64,000 bases of DNA from Octopus sinensis (lineage: Eukaryota). Positions 1-11,526 of this stretch are shown here, piece by piece. Below the pieces are notes generated by a model. That model was not told where the DNA came from and ran no database searches. It saw only the letters and a program-made list of their open reading frames with translations. Every line of letters starts with the position of its first letter. The first letter of the stretch is position 1. The stretch covers positions 202,244,001 to 202,308,000 of the forward strand of contig NC_042997.1 in assembly GCF_006345805.1 (NCBI RefSeq), given 5' to 3'. A program made the position numbers and the translations under genes.

Positions 1-44
1 TTGGTGAGCGACTTTAGGCCAATCCATCAATGACCCTTTTCTTT

Positions 45-367
45 AAAAATGCACATTGCTTCCCACCATGTGATTTCAAGTTCAGTCCCACTGCATGGCA
101 ACTGGGCAAGTGTCTTCTACTGTAGCTTCATGTTGACGAAGGGCCTTATGGTTGGACTTGATATACAGAAACTGAAAGAGGTCTGTGTGTGTGTGTGTAT
201 GTATGACAGGCTTCTTTTAGTTTCCACCTACCAAATCCACTTATAAGGTTTTAGTCAGCCTAAAGCTATAATAGAAAACACTTGCTAAAGGTGCCACACA
301 GTGGGACTGAACCTGGAACCATGTAGTTTGGAGGTAAACTTTTTACCGCACAGTAACATCTGTGCCT
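45..367. mobile_element. Two tail-to-tail 5' halves of tRNA-derived SINE family A
   Basis: TTCAGTCCCACTGC..GGGCAAGTGTCTTCTAC on + (80-120), and its reverse complement at ~205-365; matches the many family A copies in the window. Confidence 0.75.
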
Positions 368-1671
368 GTGTAGTATAGTAATGGTATAGTTATAGTAATA
401 AAGAAAGATACATCATAAATTGTATTCTCTTACTAGTTTTAGTCATTGGACCATGACTCTGCTTGAGCAAGGTTTCTATGAATGCATAAAAAGTTAGATT
501 CCTAAATAATTAGGAGTATTGAAGTGTGTTGGTGGAAACGGGGGTATTTGGTTTGATGGATTGTGAAGAGAAAGATAGCTCAACTTAACTCCTGTTTCAC
601 CACAATTCGTGACATTCAATAGACATGCATCTGACAGAAGAAAGCACGTCCTGCATGTAAATCAATATGTCTGGTCATGTTATGAGAAATTTTAGAAACA
701 TTCAGGAAAATAATAATCAATAAGATTATAGAAAATCAATAGACATTTCTTTTTTCTACAGTTCTTACAGGAAATTAGTAATGCAGAATGAATTCAAAAC
801 AGGAAAAAGGTGTTTAAACAAAAATTAAATGTGTTTTCTGAAAGGCATATAGAATATTACGAAAATTTATCTGTAGATAAAAACTAATAATAATAATAAT
901 AATATTTCAGCATTAACAATAAAACAACTGATTAATAATTCTAAAAAGACTGATTATTTTGTTATTTTAATAAGAAGACATTGTGTACGGTACAGAACAG
1001 CATTTTTGTCAGTCATCTAGGAAATTGCTTACTTTAAGTTCATCATTCTATTTTTTTCTTCTTAAATTCTGAAGTTGAAATTTTTGCAAACGTTTGGAAA
1101 AAACTTTGTCAAAAATTCATTGAATATTATCTCAATAATTCAGATCAATGTAAATACATTAAATTCAACAAAATCAAAAATTAGGTTCTTCACATAATGG
1201 AAAAATCAATAATGCAGTGAATATTTTGACCTACAAATGGTTTTCGAGGGAACAGGTAGCTGATTTGGAATTCAAATAAAATTCTAACTGGATTGAGAAA
1301 GTTCAGAAGAATTTATCAAATATTTGAAAAAGATGAATATGAAAGAAGGCAAAATTTAAAATATCACATATTTGTCTCCATTGTAGCGTGGATTGGATGG
1401 TTTCTTTCAAAATCTGAATATTTGCATGTAAACTGATGGTACAAATATGTGTATGGTTGGATCAGCTACTCGTTTGTGAAGTAGAAATGATAATTACTTC
1501 AAACTAGACACACTGAGGCGAGAGCTTATGTTGCTGGAAAGTTTCACAGGGCGTCAATTGATCCCTAAACATCTTTTGTATCATGCTTTGTAGTTTTTAT
1601 TGTTTTACTTGTTCTAGTCATCGGGCTGTGGCCATGCTGGGGCACTGCCTTGAAGGGTTTCGGTGAAAACA

Positions 1672-2572
1672 TCCCACTGTGTGGCAACTTGAGCAAGTGT
1701 CTTCTACTATAGCCTTGGGTCAACCAAAGCCTTGTGAGTGGATTTAGTAGACAGAAACTGAAAGAAGCCCATCAGATATAAATATTATATATATATATGT
1801 ATATGTATGTATGTATATATTTATATAGTGTTTATATTATTATATGACCGAACGCCACACATCCTTTTCCAAGTAAATTTTATATATATATAGTGGCATT
1901 TAAAAAGCACCATTTGAGCATGGTCGATGCCAGTCCCACCGGACTGGCTTCCATGCCAGTGGCACATAAAAAGCACCATACAAATGTGGTCGTTGCCAGT
2001 GCCATCTGACTGGGTCCTGTCCTGGTCGTATATAAAAAACACTATTTGAGAGTGGTCGTTGCCAGTACTGCCTGATTGGCTTCTGTGCCAGTGGCCTGTA
2101 AAAAGCACCATTTGAGCGTTGTCAATGCTAATACCATCTGACTGGCCCCTGTGCCAATGGCATGTAAAAAGCACCCACTACACTCACGGAGTGGTTGGTG
2201 TTAGGAAGGGCATCCAGTTGTAGAAACCTTGCCAGATCAGATTGGAGCCTGGTGCAGCCTCCCAGATTGCTAGTTCTCAGTCAAACCATCAAACACATGC
2301 CAGCATGGAAAGTAGACGTTAATTGAGGATGATGATGATAATGATGATGATGAATATTTGTGTGTTTGTTTTGTGTTTGTCTCCCCACCATCGCTTGACA
2401 ACTGATGTTGGTGCGTTATGTCTCTGTAACTTAGCGGTTCAGCAAAAAGAGAACAATAGAATAAGTACTAGGCTTACAAAGAATAAGTCTTGGGGTCAAT
2501 TTCTTCGACTAAAACTCCTTAAGGTGGTGCTCCAACTTGGCCACAGTCAAATGACTGGAACAAATGAAAGAA
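1672..2572 (+). mobile_element. SINE family A interrupted in its central microsatellite by an RTE 3'-UTR insertion
   Basis: 5' body at 1672-1775; 3' body (TTGTCTCCCCACCATCGCTTGACAAC...GGCCACAGTCAAATGACTGGAAC) resumes at ~2356. Confidence 0.75.
1893..2352 (+). mobile_element. RTE-clade LINE 3'-UTR fragment (family B) with five ~63-bp internal tandem units and (GAT)n tail
   Basis: Repeated GTGGCA..TAAAAAGCACC units, then CACTACACTC..GGAGTGGTTGG..TTAGGAAGGGCATCCAG, ending in GATGATGAT; the same sequence follows an RTE ORF end at 16810-17388. Confidence 0.8.
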
Positions 2573-3182
2573 TTTATAGGGTGTCCATATATCTCAAGGG
2601 GAGTTAACTGAAATATTTGAGCAAGGCAATTAGAAACTGGTTGGGAAAATAATTTTCTATGGTGTATTAAATCAAGACCACAAGCAAAGAAGCCAATTTT
2701 CTATGAGGCTAAGTTTATTTCTTCTCATGCTGACATAATAAAAATAGATAGAAATTGTCAAAAACAACTGCTTCACTATTTATCTAATTAGTTTGCTTGT
2801 TATTTAAATTTTGCTTCAAGAATCTATTTGAACATACATGTTAGTTAATCAAACATCATATAAGGTGTCTTTGAGAAATATTGAGTAATTGTTTTACATT
2901 TATGTGGCAAGGTGGTGGGAGACAATTATTTTCCAATTCTCATAGAAAATTGTCAAGTTAAATTACTGAAGAAATGGAAAATTAATCTGGTTTGTTTACA
3001 TTTAATCTTATTATGTTTAAAAAATAATATTAATAAAGCAGTTGTTGTTACAACTTTATATATTATCTAACAGTCAGAAGTAATTCATCTTTTGGTAATA
3101 ATTCTTTGCACATTTAAACTGAGAATAAATGTCTTAAAACAGACAATGACAAGTAACAAATGTGTATGTGTGTGTCTGTGTG

Positions 3183-3223
<41 letters not shown>

Positions 3224-4344
3224 ACATAAACAAACTATAATGAAGATAGATAATGTCTGGTAAATTTGTTAACTTCTCAGTTTTTATTTAGGTTACTAAT
3301 AAAGCTTTTAGAAATGGATTTATGTTAGAGAAAGATTAACCAAATAAATATGGTAGTTGATATTTATTTCTTGTTATTTCACCGTCTTCATTTTACATCT
3401 GTTTCCATGCTGGTATGGGTAGGATAGTTCAACAGATCAGAGGACCATGTCTTGTACCAATGTCTCACTTTTGGCATACTTTCTACAGTTTCATGCCTTT
3501 CCTAACACTGTCCACTTCAAGAGTGTATTTTGTGCATATTTTTATGGCACCAGCATTATAGGCGTCACCTTGTCATCAGCAAGATTAATGAGCTCTCTCA
3601 AGCCCTGCATTGTCACTACTCAAATCAATTACCAGTCACTTACAGAGTGTACTAAGTACTTTTTGTGGCACCAGCATTGTAGGGGTCATCTTGCAGCCTG
3701 CAAAGTGAGAGAGAACCATGCTTTCCCATGATAAATGGAACAAGTTTATTGCTGTGAGAGGATAGTAGCAGAGAGAACAACAGGGAAACCTGTTGGAGTG
3801 GGAGTAATGGGGCAAGAAGTAGAAGAGTAATAATATCAAGGACTTTTGAGGGAGTGGGGTTACAAAGTGGTAATAGGGATGGGGAGAATTCAGTAGGTTG
3901 ACCCAGTGTTGGACTGGGTCAATCCAGTTTCCATGGTACCATGGGTTGCATGGTTTTTCACAGTATTCTTATTGAAGCTACACATGTGTTGTTGAAAGGG
4001 AGAATGTTAAGGAAGGGTGTAATAGGAAGGAAAGGAGAAACTAATGCCTGGGGATTGGTGTGAGAGAGTTATAGGGTGATTATAGAGTAGGATGCAGTGC
4101 AGTGTTGCCCCCATATTATATATAGGTGAAAAATGTGGTACATGAAAGAAAGTTAAAATGGAAGAGGATAACAGGGTCAGTGTGATAAGAGCAATGAGAA
4201 GGGTTGAGTAGGCAGAGAAGCTGTGCTACTCCATGTGAGTATAGGTGAGTAGAGTGGTACGTGGTGGAGAGAGAAACAAGATGATGATGAGGGGCCAGCA
4301 TATATCTTCAGGGCAACATTTTCACACTCCATATCCATCTAGAT

Positions 4345-4518
4345 CAGCAGTTTTCAGGCACAGCTCCCAGGGCTGCATGTGGCCCTCAACAGTTTTCTCC
4401 TAATTAATGTAATAAACTTTTCTTTAACTGATTTGTGTTTTACTTTTTGGGGTGTGGCCCTCTAAAACAATCCAGGTTTTGGATCTGGCCTGGATATTAA
4501 AATAGTTGATATCCACTG
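4345..4518. mobile_element. hAT (Charlie-type) MITE
   Basis: CAG...CTG termini with degenerate TIRs; 8-bp TSD ATCTAGAT (4337-4344) / ATCTAGAC (4519-4526), matching the NTCTAGAN target preference. Confidence 0.7.
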
Positions 4519-4744
4519 ATCTAGACTAATCCAGTCCTAATCAGTTGTGCAATTACATTCCTGTAACTTTCACATTATTTACTATATTAGATGACATATA
4601 AGTCACCCTGGGGCCTATATACAAAGTTGAGTCTATATCACATGCTTTAATGTACTAAAACTCTTTTTCCTTGAATATACGCTGCTGAAATTGGGGTGCA
4701 TCTAATGTGCCCATGTGTTTTTTATGCCATGAAATATAGTATAC

Positions 4745-5110
4745 TCTTACTCTTTTACTTGTTTCAGTCATTTGACTGCGGCCGGGACTTGTTCTTTTTG
4801 TAAGCCCAGTACTTATTCTATCGGTCTCTTTTGCCGAACCGCTAAGTAACGGGGACATAAACACACCAGCATCGGTTGTCAAGCAATGCTAGTGGGACAA
4901 ACACAGACACACAAACACACACACGCATATATATATATATACATATATACGCCAGGCTTCTTTTCAGTTTCCGTCTACCAAATCCACTTACAAGGCTTTG
5001 ATCGGCCCGAGGCTATAGTAGAAGACACTTGCCCAAGGTGCCACGCAGTGGGACTGAACCCGGAACCATGTGGTTGGTAAACAAGCTACTTACCACACAG
5101 CCACTCCTGC
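4745..5110 (-). mobile_element. Near full-length, young tRNA-derived SINE family A (CORE-like)
   Basis: Minus strand: A box TGGCTGTGTGG, B box GGGTTCAGTCCC, CORE-like CACCTTGGGCAAGTGTCTT, central (TA)/(TG) tract and AGTAAAAGAGTA tail; CpGs retained. Confidence 0.85.
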
Positions 5111-6729
5111 TCACAAGAAATTAACTGATAATCTTAATCTAAAATCTTGCAACAGAAATTCATAAGCTTAACCTTATTGTTTTCTGATTTTTTTAAAAAT
5201 TAATTCGGTTCTTCTCTTATCTTCATACATTGTTTTTAGTCATACAAGGTATAAAATACAGACAACTAACAAATACAAAAACATCTTATACGAAATTTAG
5301 TTCTGGAGTTAAAATATCCCATCTTTGTGAAAAGTTTTATAAAAAATGTATCTCCAAATTAATAATAATGTCTTAATTTATTTTCTTAAAGAAGCAGGTC
5401 TGGTTTGAGAGTGCTGGGATACAGTTCAGTTTTCCTTACTTTTAAGAAACATTTCACTTCATCTTCTAGGCTCTTTCCAAGAGTCTAGAAACTAGTTCTC
5501 TATAATCTGAGGTTACCTACCCATATATCTAACTGCAATTAATACTTTATCAGAGTTTTCAATATTTGCTGTTGGCAATGTGGAATTGAAAATTGCAACA
5601 GAGAGGATGTTCAGTAACTGAAATTATGCATGTCTTCATATATATGCACATGACACACACACACGCAAGCATATATTTATCTATTTACAATATTAAGATA
5701 GCTAATTCTAATATATTCCTGGACAGGAATATAAAATATGGTTTTTTATGTGTGTATTTTTTTCACCAGTAAAATAGTAATGGAATGAAATTACATCAGA
5801 CAATACAAAAAACAGTCTAAAGAACAAAAATTTAATATTCCATGCAGGTACTTTTTTTTAAAACCATTATGGTTTCAACTAATTTTAGACTTAACTAGTC
5901 TGTGTGATTGATAATAAGGTTCAAAATTCTAGGCTTCCTTTCATAATTATTATTATTATCAGTAGTAGTAGTGGTAGTAGTAGTAGTAGTAGTTTTAATA
6001 TTACCGTAATGCTAGTAATTATTATTATCGTCATCATCACCATTATTATTATTTCTGAATGAGTTCTGTAAACTGAAAAGATGTATATAAACCATTAGAG
6101 GCCTCTGCTGTGAAATTGTTTTATCAAATCAAAATTAATTCATTCCTAAACCTATTACTTCAGTTCTTTGATGGTCTGTTAACCAAACGAAAGGGTTTGT
6201 TTTTGTTATGCTAAAACACACGAGCACACACACATACATATGAAACCTTTTCATTTGGTTAACTAAATGAAAAGCCAATTTCTCTCTGTATCTAGCTTAA
6301 GTACATTAATAGAAGATAAGTTATTTTCTACTAAATTACTACAGGATTCATGATATTCATTGAGCATGGAGGGTGTCCCAGGATGAAGCTAAACTGCATG
6401 ACACACGAGATACTTGCTTGAAATATGTCTGTTTGTGAGTATAGGAATGATAGCTAGCTGTTACTCCGATCAGTAGAATAGCTTGCTTGTGAAATTGATA
6501 TGCAAGTGGTTGCATTTTCTTTGATAAGTTTGAGGCTGTGGTAAATAGGAAACTGCTTCATGAAATAAGGGCCAAACAACAGAGATCTTTTGGTCATGTG
6601 ATTGTTGTTGTTGTTAAGCAACAAGATGGATAAGGGTGATTAGGTGATGGTCTAGGGCTTAGGGGCGGGAGACCCCAGACCTTGCATGTGTGTGGATGCA
6701 CATGTGTGCACATGCATATGTGTGTGAAT

Positions 6730-7360
6730 AGGTGCAGACATGGCTGTGTGGTCGAGAAGTTTGCTTCCCAGCCCTGTGATCTAGGATTCAGTTCCCCTGC
6801 ACAGCACCTTGGGAAAGTGTCTTTTACTATTGGTCCAGACCAACCAAAGATCTTGTGTGTGTTAGTGTTAGTGGCTTGCCTTGACTGTGAGATAGTTGTA
6901 AACGAGTATCATCAACATGCAAGAACTATCCATTTCCAATATTCTGGTAAAACATGTCTGCTCATGGAGAAATATTACCTTACTTGGAAACAAATGAGAG
7001 TTGGTGACAGGAAGGGCATCTGGTTGTAGAAAATCTGCCTCAACAAATTCCATCTGACTCATGCAAGCATGGAAAGTAGAAGTTAAAATGATGATGAATG
7101 ATACTACTACTGCTGATGATGATGATGATGATATATATATTGTGTGTGTGTGTGTGTTTCTGTTTACCAATTTAAACAAGTACTATGTCACCCTTACGTC
7201 AAAAACAATAATAGTAACTTTGATAAAAAGAGATCAATGGAATAAATACCAGACTTACAAAAATAAATACTAGCATCGATGTGATTGACTAAAACCTTTG
7301 ATGGTGGTGCCCCAGCATGGCCACAGTCTATTTATTGACTGACACCATCAAAGCTAGAAT
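6730..7360 (+). mobile_element. Degenerate SINE family A with nested RTE-type 3' tail
   Basis: Head at 6730-6850, insert ~6870-7130 ending in (GAT)n, SINE tail to ~7360. Confidence 0.6.
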
Positions 7361-8569
7361 TTTTAGTATTAAATCAAAGCAGCTATCATGATGTGATGAA
7401 AAACTTCTTTAATCCTAAGTAAAATAATGACTTTGATGGAATGTATTGAACTTGGTTTTTACTGTTAAAAAATATAACTTTTCTCTTTCTTACAACAAAC
7501 TACATTTAAATATATGTATATCTTGAGAAAAGTAAAAGCACCCCCAAGAATCATAATTTTACCTTTTTTATCAGTTATTTAGCACAAGAATACAAAGCCA
7601 AACATACTTACTAGTTTTTTGTGTTTTTTTTCTATCATTATTATTATTATTATTATTATCATTATTATTATTATTACTTTATCTTCATATCTATCTTGAA
7701 GCATATCTCTCTTCTTTTTATAATTATATTTGTTGCTGCTAGGAATAGAGGAATATATTCCATTTATTTTCATCATGCATGGATTATACTTTGTCTCTTC
7801 AAAAATAGAGAATCATTATTTTTTTTTCTCTCATGGAGATGACATTATAATTTTTTTAATTTTTTTTTAAATTCTATATTTCATCTAAACAGTAAAATTT
7901 TGTACCTGACAAATGAAATGAAGGATTCTTATAAAGAATGTGGGATAATACTTTCTTACCCCTTCTGGGTACAATTTTTCTGATAACAAATAATTTCAAA
8001 AAATGCCAAATACTTTTTGTTATGAAAATATGTTTGACATTTTCATTAAAAGACCATTGTACAATCATGAAGGTTGTATTAAAACTCTTTTTTTTTTATC
8101 ATCACACATGTTTTTAATAATTTTGTTGACATTGGTTTCTAAGTTTTGCCAGTAGTGAGCCTTGTCAGACATATCTTCGTAACAAACGTGATTTGGCTCT
8201 CTTATAAGGCAAAACATATATCCAGGAGCTGTAATATAGAATCATTCATTTGTTAGATACAAAATTTTTGCTGTTTAAATGGAATATTAGATTTTTATAA
8301 ATTTATAATTTTCAATTCTAAGAAAAATTTTGGAAAAAAATGACATGTCTCCCTATTCCTGAAGAAGCAAAATATTATTCCACCATACATGACAAAAATA
8401 TCTGACTCAACATTTTTAAGGATTCTTTCCTTCATTTAATACTCACAGTTTTTATATTTATTAAAATGCTTCTTAACTATGCTTGCACACATACACATGC
8501 ACAAAAAGAGGTATACTACTGTGCTTAACTCCTTTGTTACCATACTTCTATTGGAATATACTGCCTTTA

Positions 8570-8790
8570 TAAGGCGGCGAGCTGGTAGAAACATTAGCAT
8601 GCCGGGCAAAATGCTTAGCAGTATTTCATATGTCTTTATGTTCTGAGTTCAAATTCCTCTGAGGGCAACTTTTCCTTTCATCCTTCAGGGTCGATAAATT
8701 CAGTACCAGTTGCATACTGAGGTTGATCTAATCAACTGGCCCCCTCCCCCAAAAATTGTTGGTCTTGTGCCTAGAATAGAAAAGAATATA
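8570..8790 (+). mobile_element. tRNA-derived SINE family C (Meta-domain-like)
   Basis: AAGGCGGCGAGCTGG head, B box GAGTTCAAATTCC, central CCTTTCATCCTT..GGGTCGATAAAT..AGTACCAG domain. Confidence 0.75.
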
Positions 8791-8858
8791 TTGCCTTTCT
8801 TTCAATTTCTGAAATAATTATGAATTTAGTAAAATAATGTGTCATTCCTTCACACAGC

Positions 8859-9168
8859 TTGCATTTTCTTGGATAAGTTTGAGGCTGCAGTAAATAGGAA
8901 AATGCTTTATGAAATAAGGGCCAAACAACAGAGATCTTTTGGTCATGGGATGAGGAAAGAGGGCCTAGAGTATTTAGCAATGACCAGAAAGATTGAAGGA
9001 AGAAAAAGCAGAGGAAGGAGAAGGATGATATTGGTGTCAAGCTTGGAAGAAGGAGGCATTAAACATCAGGAAGTGGAACTGTTACAGAAAACAAAGAACA
9101 GACAATTGTGGCAGAACGTGGTTACTTATATCCTACTTTCTGGACATAGAGCTAAGAAGAAGAAGAAT
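8859..9168 (+). pseudogene. RTE-clade LINE C-terminal ORF fragment with (AAG)n tail
   Basis: ORF 8839..9228 contains FGHGMRKEGLEYLAMTRKIEGRKSRGRRR...RQLW, typical of RTE ORF C-termini. Confidence 0.75.
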
Positions 9169-9549
9169 TTATCATTATTACACGTATATTTGGAACATGA
9201 ATTAACATGGAATTTTAATAGGTTATAATTTAAAAATCACATTAACTCTTTAACATTTAAACCATTCATATCCTTTACCTGTTTTATAGCCAAACTGTTT
9301 AGATCTGGCCTTTCACACCTACTCTACAATGTCATTCTAAAAATAAACACTTTTATCATTGAAATCTTAAAGTTCTGAGATATTCTTTTTTTTTATTGCT
9401 TTCAGTCATTTGACTGCAGCCATGCTGGAGCACTGCCTTTAGTTGGACAAATCGACCCCAGAACTTGTTTCAGTTCTATATTTAAGAGATGAGGAATTAT
9501 ATACATTATTTACATTTGACAGATATTTGTCCTCATTTTGTTTGTTGTT

Positions 9550-9595
9550 AACACAACATTTCGGCTGATATACCCTCCAACCTTCATCAGGTATC
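9550..9595 (-). ncRNA. Minimal type-I hammerhead ribozyme motif (slightly decayed copy)
   Basis: Minus: GATAC-CTGATGA-A-GGTTG-GAGGGTATAT-CAGCC-GAAA-TGTT-GTGTT. Confidence 0.7.
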
Positions 9596-9837
9596 CTGGG
9601 GGAATTTCGAACCTGGGTTCTCATTCCTAAGGTATTTTTCGATGTTATTGTTGTTGTTATTATTATTATTCAGGTCACTGCCTGCAATTGAAGTTGAAAT
9701 CTTGGGGTTAGGAGTGTGGGCTACTAACCCCAAGATTCCGAGTTTAATTCCAGGCAGTTACCTGAATAATAATAGTAACAATAGTAATGTCAAAAAATAC
9801 CTTAGGAATGAGAACCCAGGTTCAAAATTTCCCCTAA

Positions 9838-9881
9838 ACACCTGATGAAGGCTGGAGGGTATATCAGCTGAAACGTTGTGT
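9838..9881 (+). ncRNA. Minimal type-I hammerhead ribozyme motif (intact core)
   Basis: ACAC-CTGATGA-A-GGCTG-GAGGGTATAT-CAGCT-GAAA-CGTT-GTGT: stem I ACAC/GTGT, 5-bp stem II, palindromic stem III ACGT, GUU triplet at 9875-9877. Confidence 0.8.
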
Positions 9882-10314
9882 CAACAACACACAAGATGAG
9901 GTCAAATATCTGTCAAATGTAAATAATGAACTTATTCTTTGTAAGCCTAGTACTTATTTTATCAGACTCTTTTGCCAAACCGTTGAGTTATAGGGATGTA
10001 AACACACTAACATCGGTTGTCAAGCAATGGTAGGGGGACAAACACAGACACACAAACATATATATCATCATCATCATTATCATCGTTTAGCGTCCGTTTT
10101 CCATGCTATATATATAATATATAGATGATAGGCTTCTTTCAGTTTCCGTCTACCAAATCCACTCACAAGGCTTTGATCAGCCCGAGGCTATAGTAAAGGA
10201 CACTTGCCCCAGGTGTCATGCAGTGGGACTGAACCCAGAACCATGTGGTTGGGAAGCAAGCTTCTTACCACACAGCCACACCTGCATGTGAATATAGATT
10301 TGGCTCACCTGGAA

Positions 10315-10500
10315 TCATCATCATTTAGCATCTGCTTTCCATGATGGCATGGGTTACATGGTTTGACTGGAACTGGTAATCCAGGGAGCTGTACCAGACT
10401 CCAGTCTGAATTTTGGCTTGGTTTCTACAGCTGGATGCCCTTCCAAATGCCAACCACTCTAAGAGTGTAGTGGGTGCCTTTTACATGTCATCATCACGAA
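10315..10500 (-). mobile_element. RTE 3'-UTR fragment (family B)
   Basis: (ATC)n tail plus TTTCTACAGCTGGATGCCCTTCC..ACCACTC..GAGTGTAGTGGGTGC. Confidence 0.75.
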
Positions 10501-11063
10501 TGCCTCATATGTGTCACCAGCACGGGTTGGTGCCAAGTGGTTTTGGTTTCATTTTTTGTCTATTTTTTTTTTCCCAGGGCCAGACGCCTTCCTTACCACT
10601 AACCACTTTACACTGTGAACTATGTGTATTTTATCTTACTGCCACCACTAAAGCAATTAAATACATTAATGTCAGAAAGTTACTTTTTAATCAGACCATT
10701 TCTTGTTCATCTGACCAGTCTCATTAGCTGTATCCAGGAAATTGGATAAAATTCTGAAAATGGTTTTGCACTTTGCAAGATTGATACATGCAAGACGCAT
10801 TTCAGTCTGCTATCGGCATACTCATTTTTATGTTCTCTGACAGCCAATGTCTAATGAACCAGGTTCTTAGTGGCTTCAGTTTTGGTGTTTATTATTGAGG
10901 TGAGTGGATAGACAGTCTATACTCAATTCAATGCTCTACTGGATAGAGTTTACTCCGTGTCAGATTTTCTTCTTAGTACTCTCTTCCAATTGCTGAGTAT
11001 GTATTGTCTTCAATGGTTCTTTTAAACAGAAAGTTTATGTCTTTTGGGCTGACCCTATCTTAA

Positions 11064-11285
11064 CCCTTTCATTACCAACCCGGCTGAAACCAGCTCTGGC
11101 CCTGTAGTACAAATGTCTTGTTTTCATAAGTTTTGAATTAAAATCTTCCACCAAACCTTAGTCACAATTTATGTTCCTAACACTAGCTTAATGATAACTA
11201 AGTTATTTTACTAAATTCTTTGTTACATTTAAATTTAATTGAAAGAAACACAGAGCATCTCAACAGAAATATGGTAATAAAAGGG
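11064..11285. mobile_element. piggyBac-type MITE family 1, copy 1
   Basis: TTAA-CCCTTT...AAAGGG-TTAA termini with TTAA TSD. Confidence 0.8.
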
Positions 11286-11305
11286 TTAACAAATGATTAA
11301 TTTAA

Positions 11306-11526
11306 CCCTTTCAATACCAACCTGGCGGAAATCACCTCTGGCTCTGTAGTACAAATGTTTTGGTTTCATAAGTTTTGAATTGAAATCTTCCACTAAATCT
11401 TAGTCACAATTTATGTTCCTAACACTAGCTTAATGATAACTAAGTTATTTTACTAAATTCTTTGTTATATTTAAAGTAATTGAAAGAAACACAGAACATC
11501 TCAACAGAAATATAGTAACAAAAAGG
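11306..11526. mobile_element. piggyBac-type MITE family 1, copy 2
   Basis: TTAA-CCCTTT...AAAAGG-TTAA; colinear with copy 1 over its whole length. Confidence 0.8.

Larger units (their letters stand above)
9467..9927. mobile_element. Foldback insertion of two head-to-head tRNA-headed, hammerhead-bearing units (Penelope-type non-autonomous element)
   Basis: Inverted arms 9504-9711 and 9724-9928 with 12-nt spacer; GAACTT duplicated at 9461-9466 and 9928-9933; each arm has a tRNA-like segment, an (AAT)n tract and a hammerhead motif. Confidence 0.8.
9395..10285 (-). mobile_element. SINE family A carrying a nested insertion (9467-9927)
   Basis: SINE sequence breaks at CCCCAGAACTT (9466) and resumes at GAACTTATTCTTTGTAAGCC (9928). 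Confidence 0.85.

Noticed and set aside
1893-2180. CRISPR-like array of ~20-bp repeats with ~40-bp spacers (also at 23027 and 42451)
   Set aside because: The spacers are homologous to each other, the arrays are part of a LINE 3' UTR, the context is eukaryotic, and there are no cas genes
3898-3922. 10-bp stem hairpin TTGACCCAGT/ACTGGGTCAA
   Set aside because: Isolated and short, resembles a SINE C internal fragment, no further support
4886-5080. Recurrent peptide VSVYQIH...EDTCPRCHAVGLNPEPCGW in many ORFs
   Set aside because: Antisense translation of SINE family A, not a protein family
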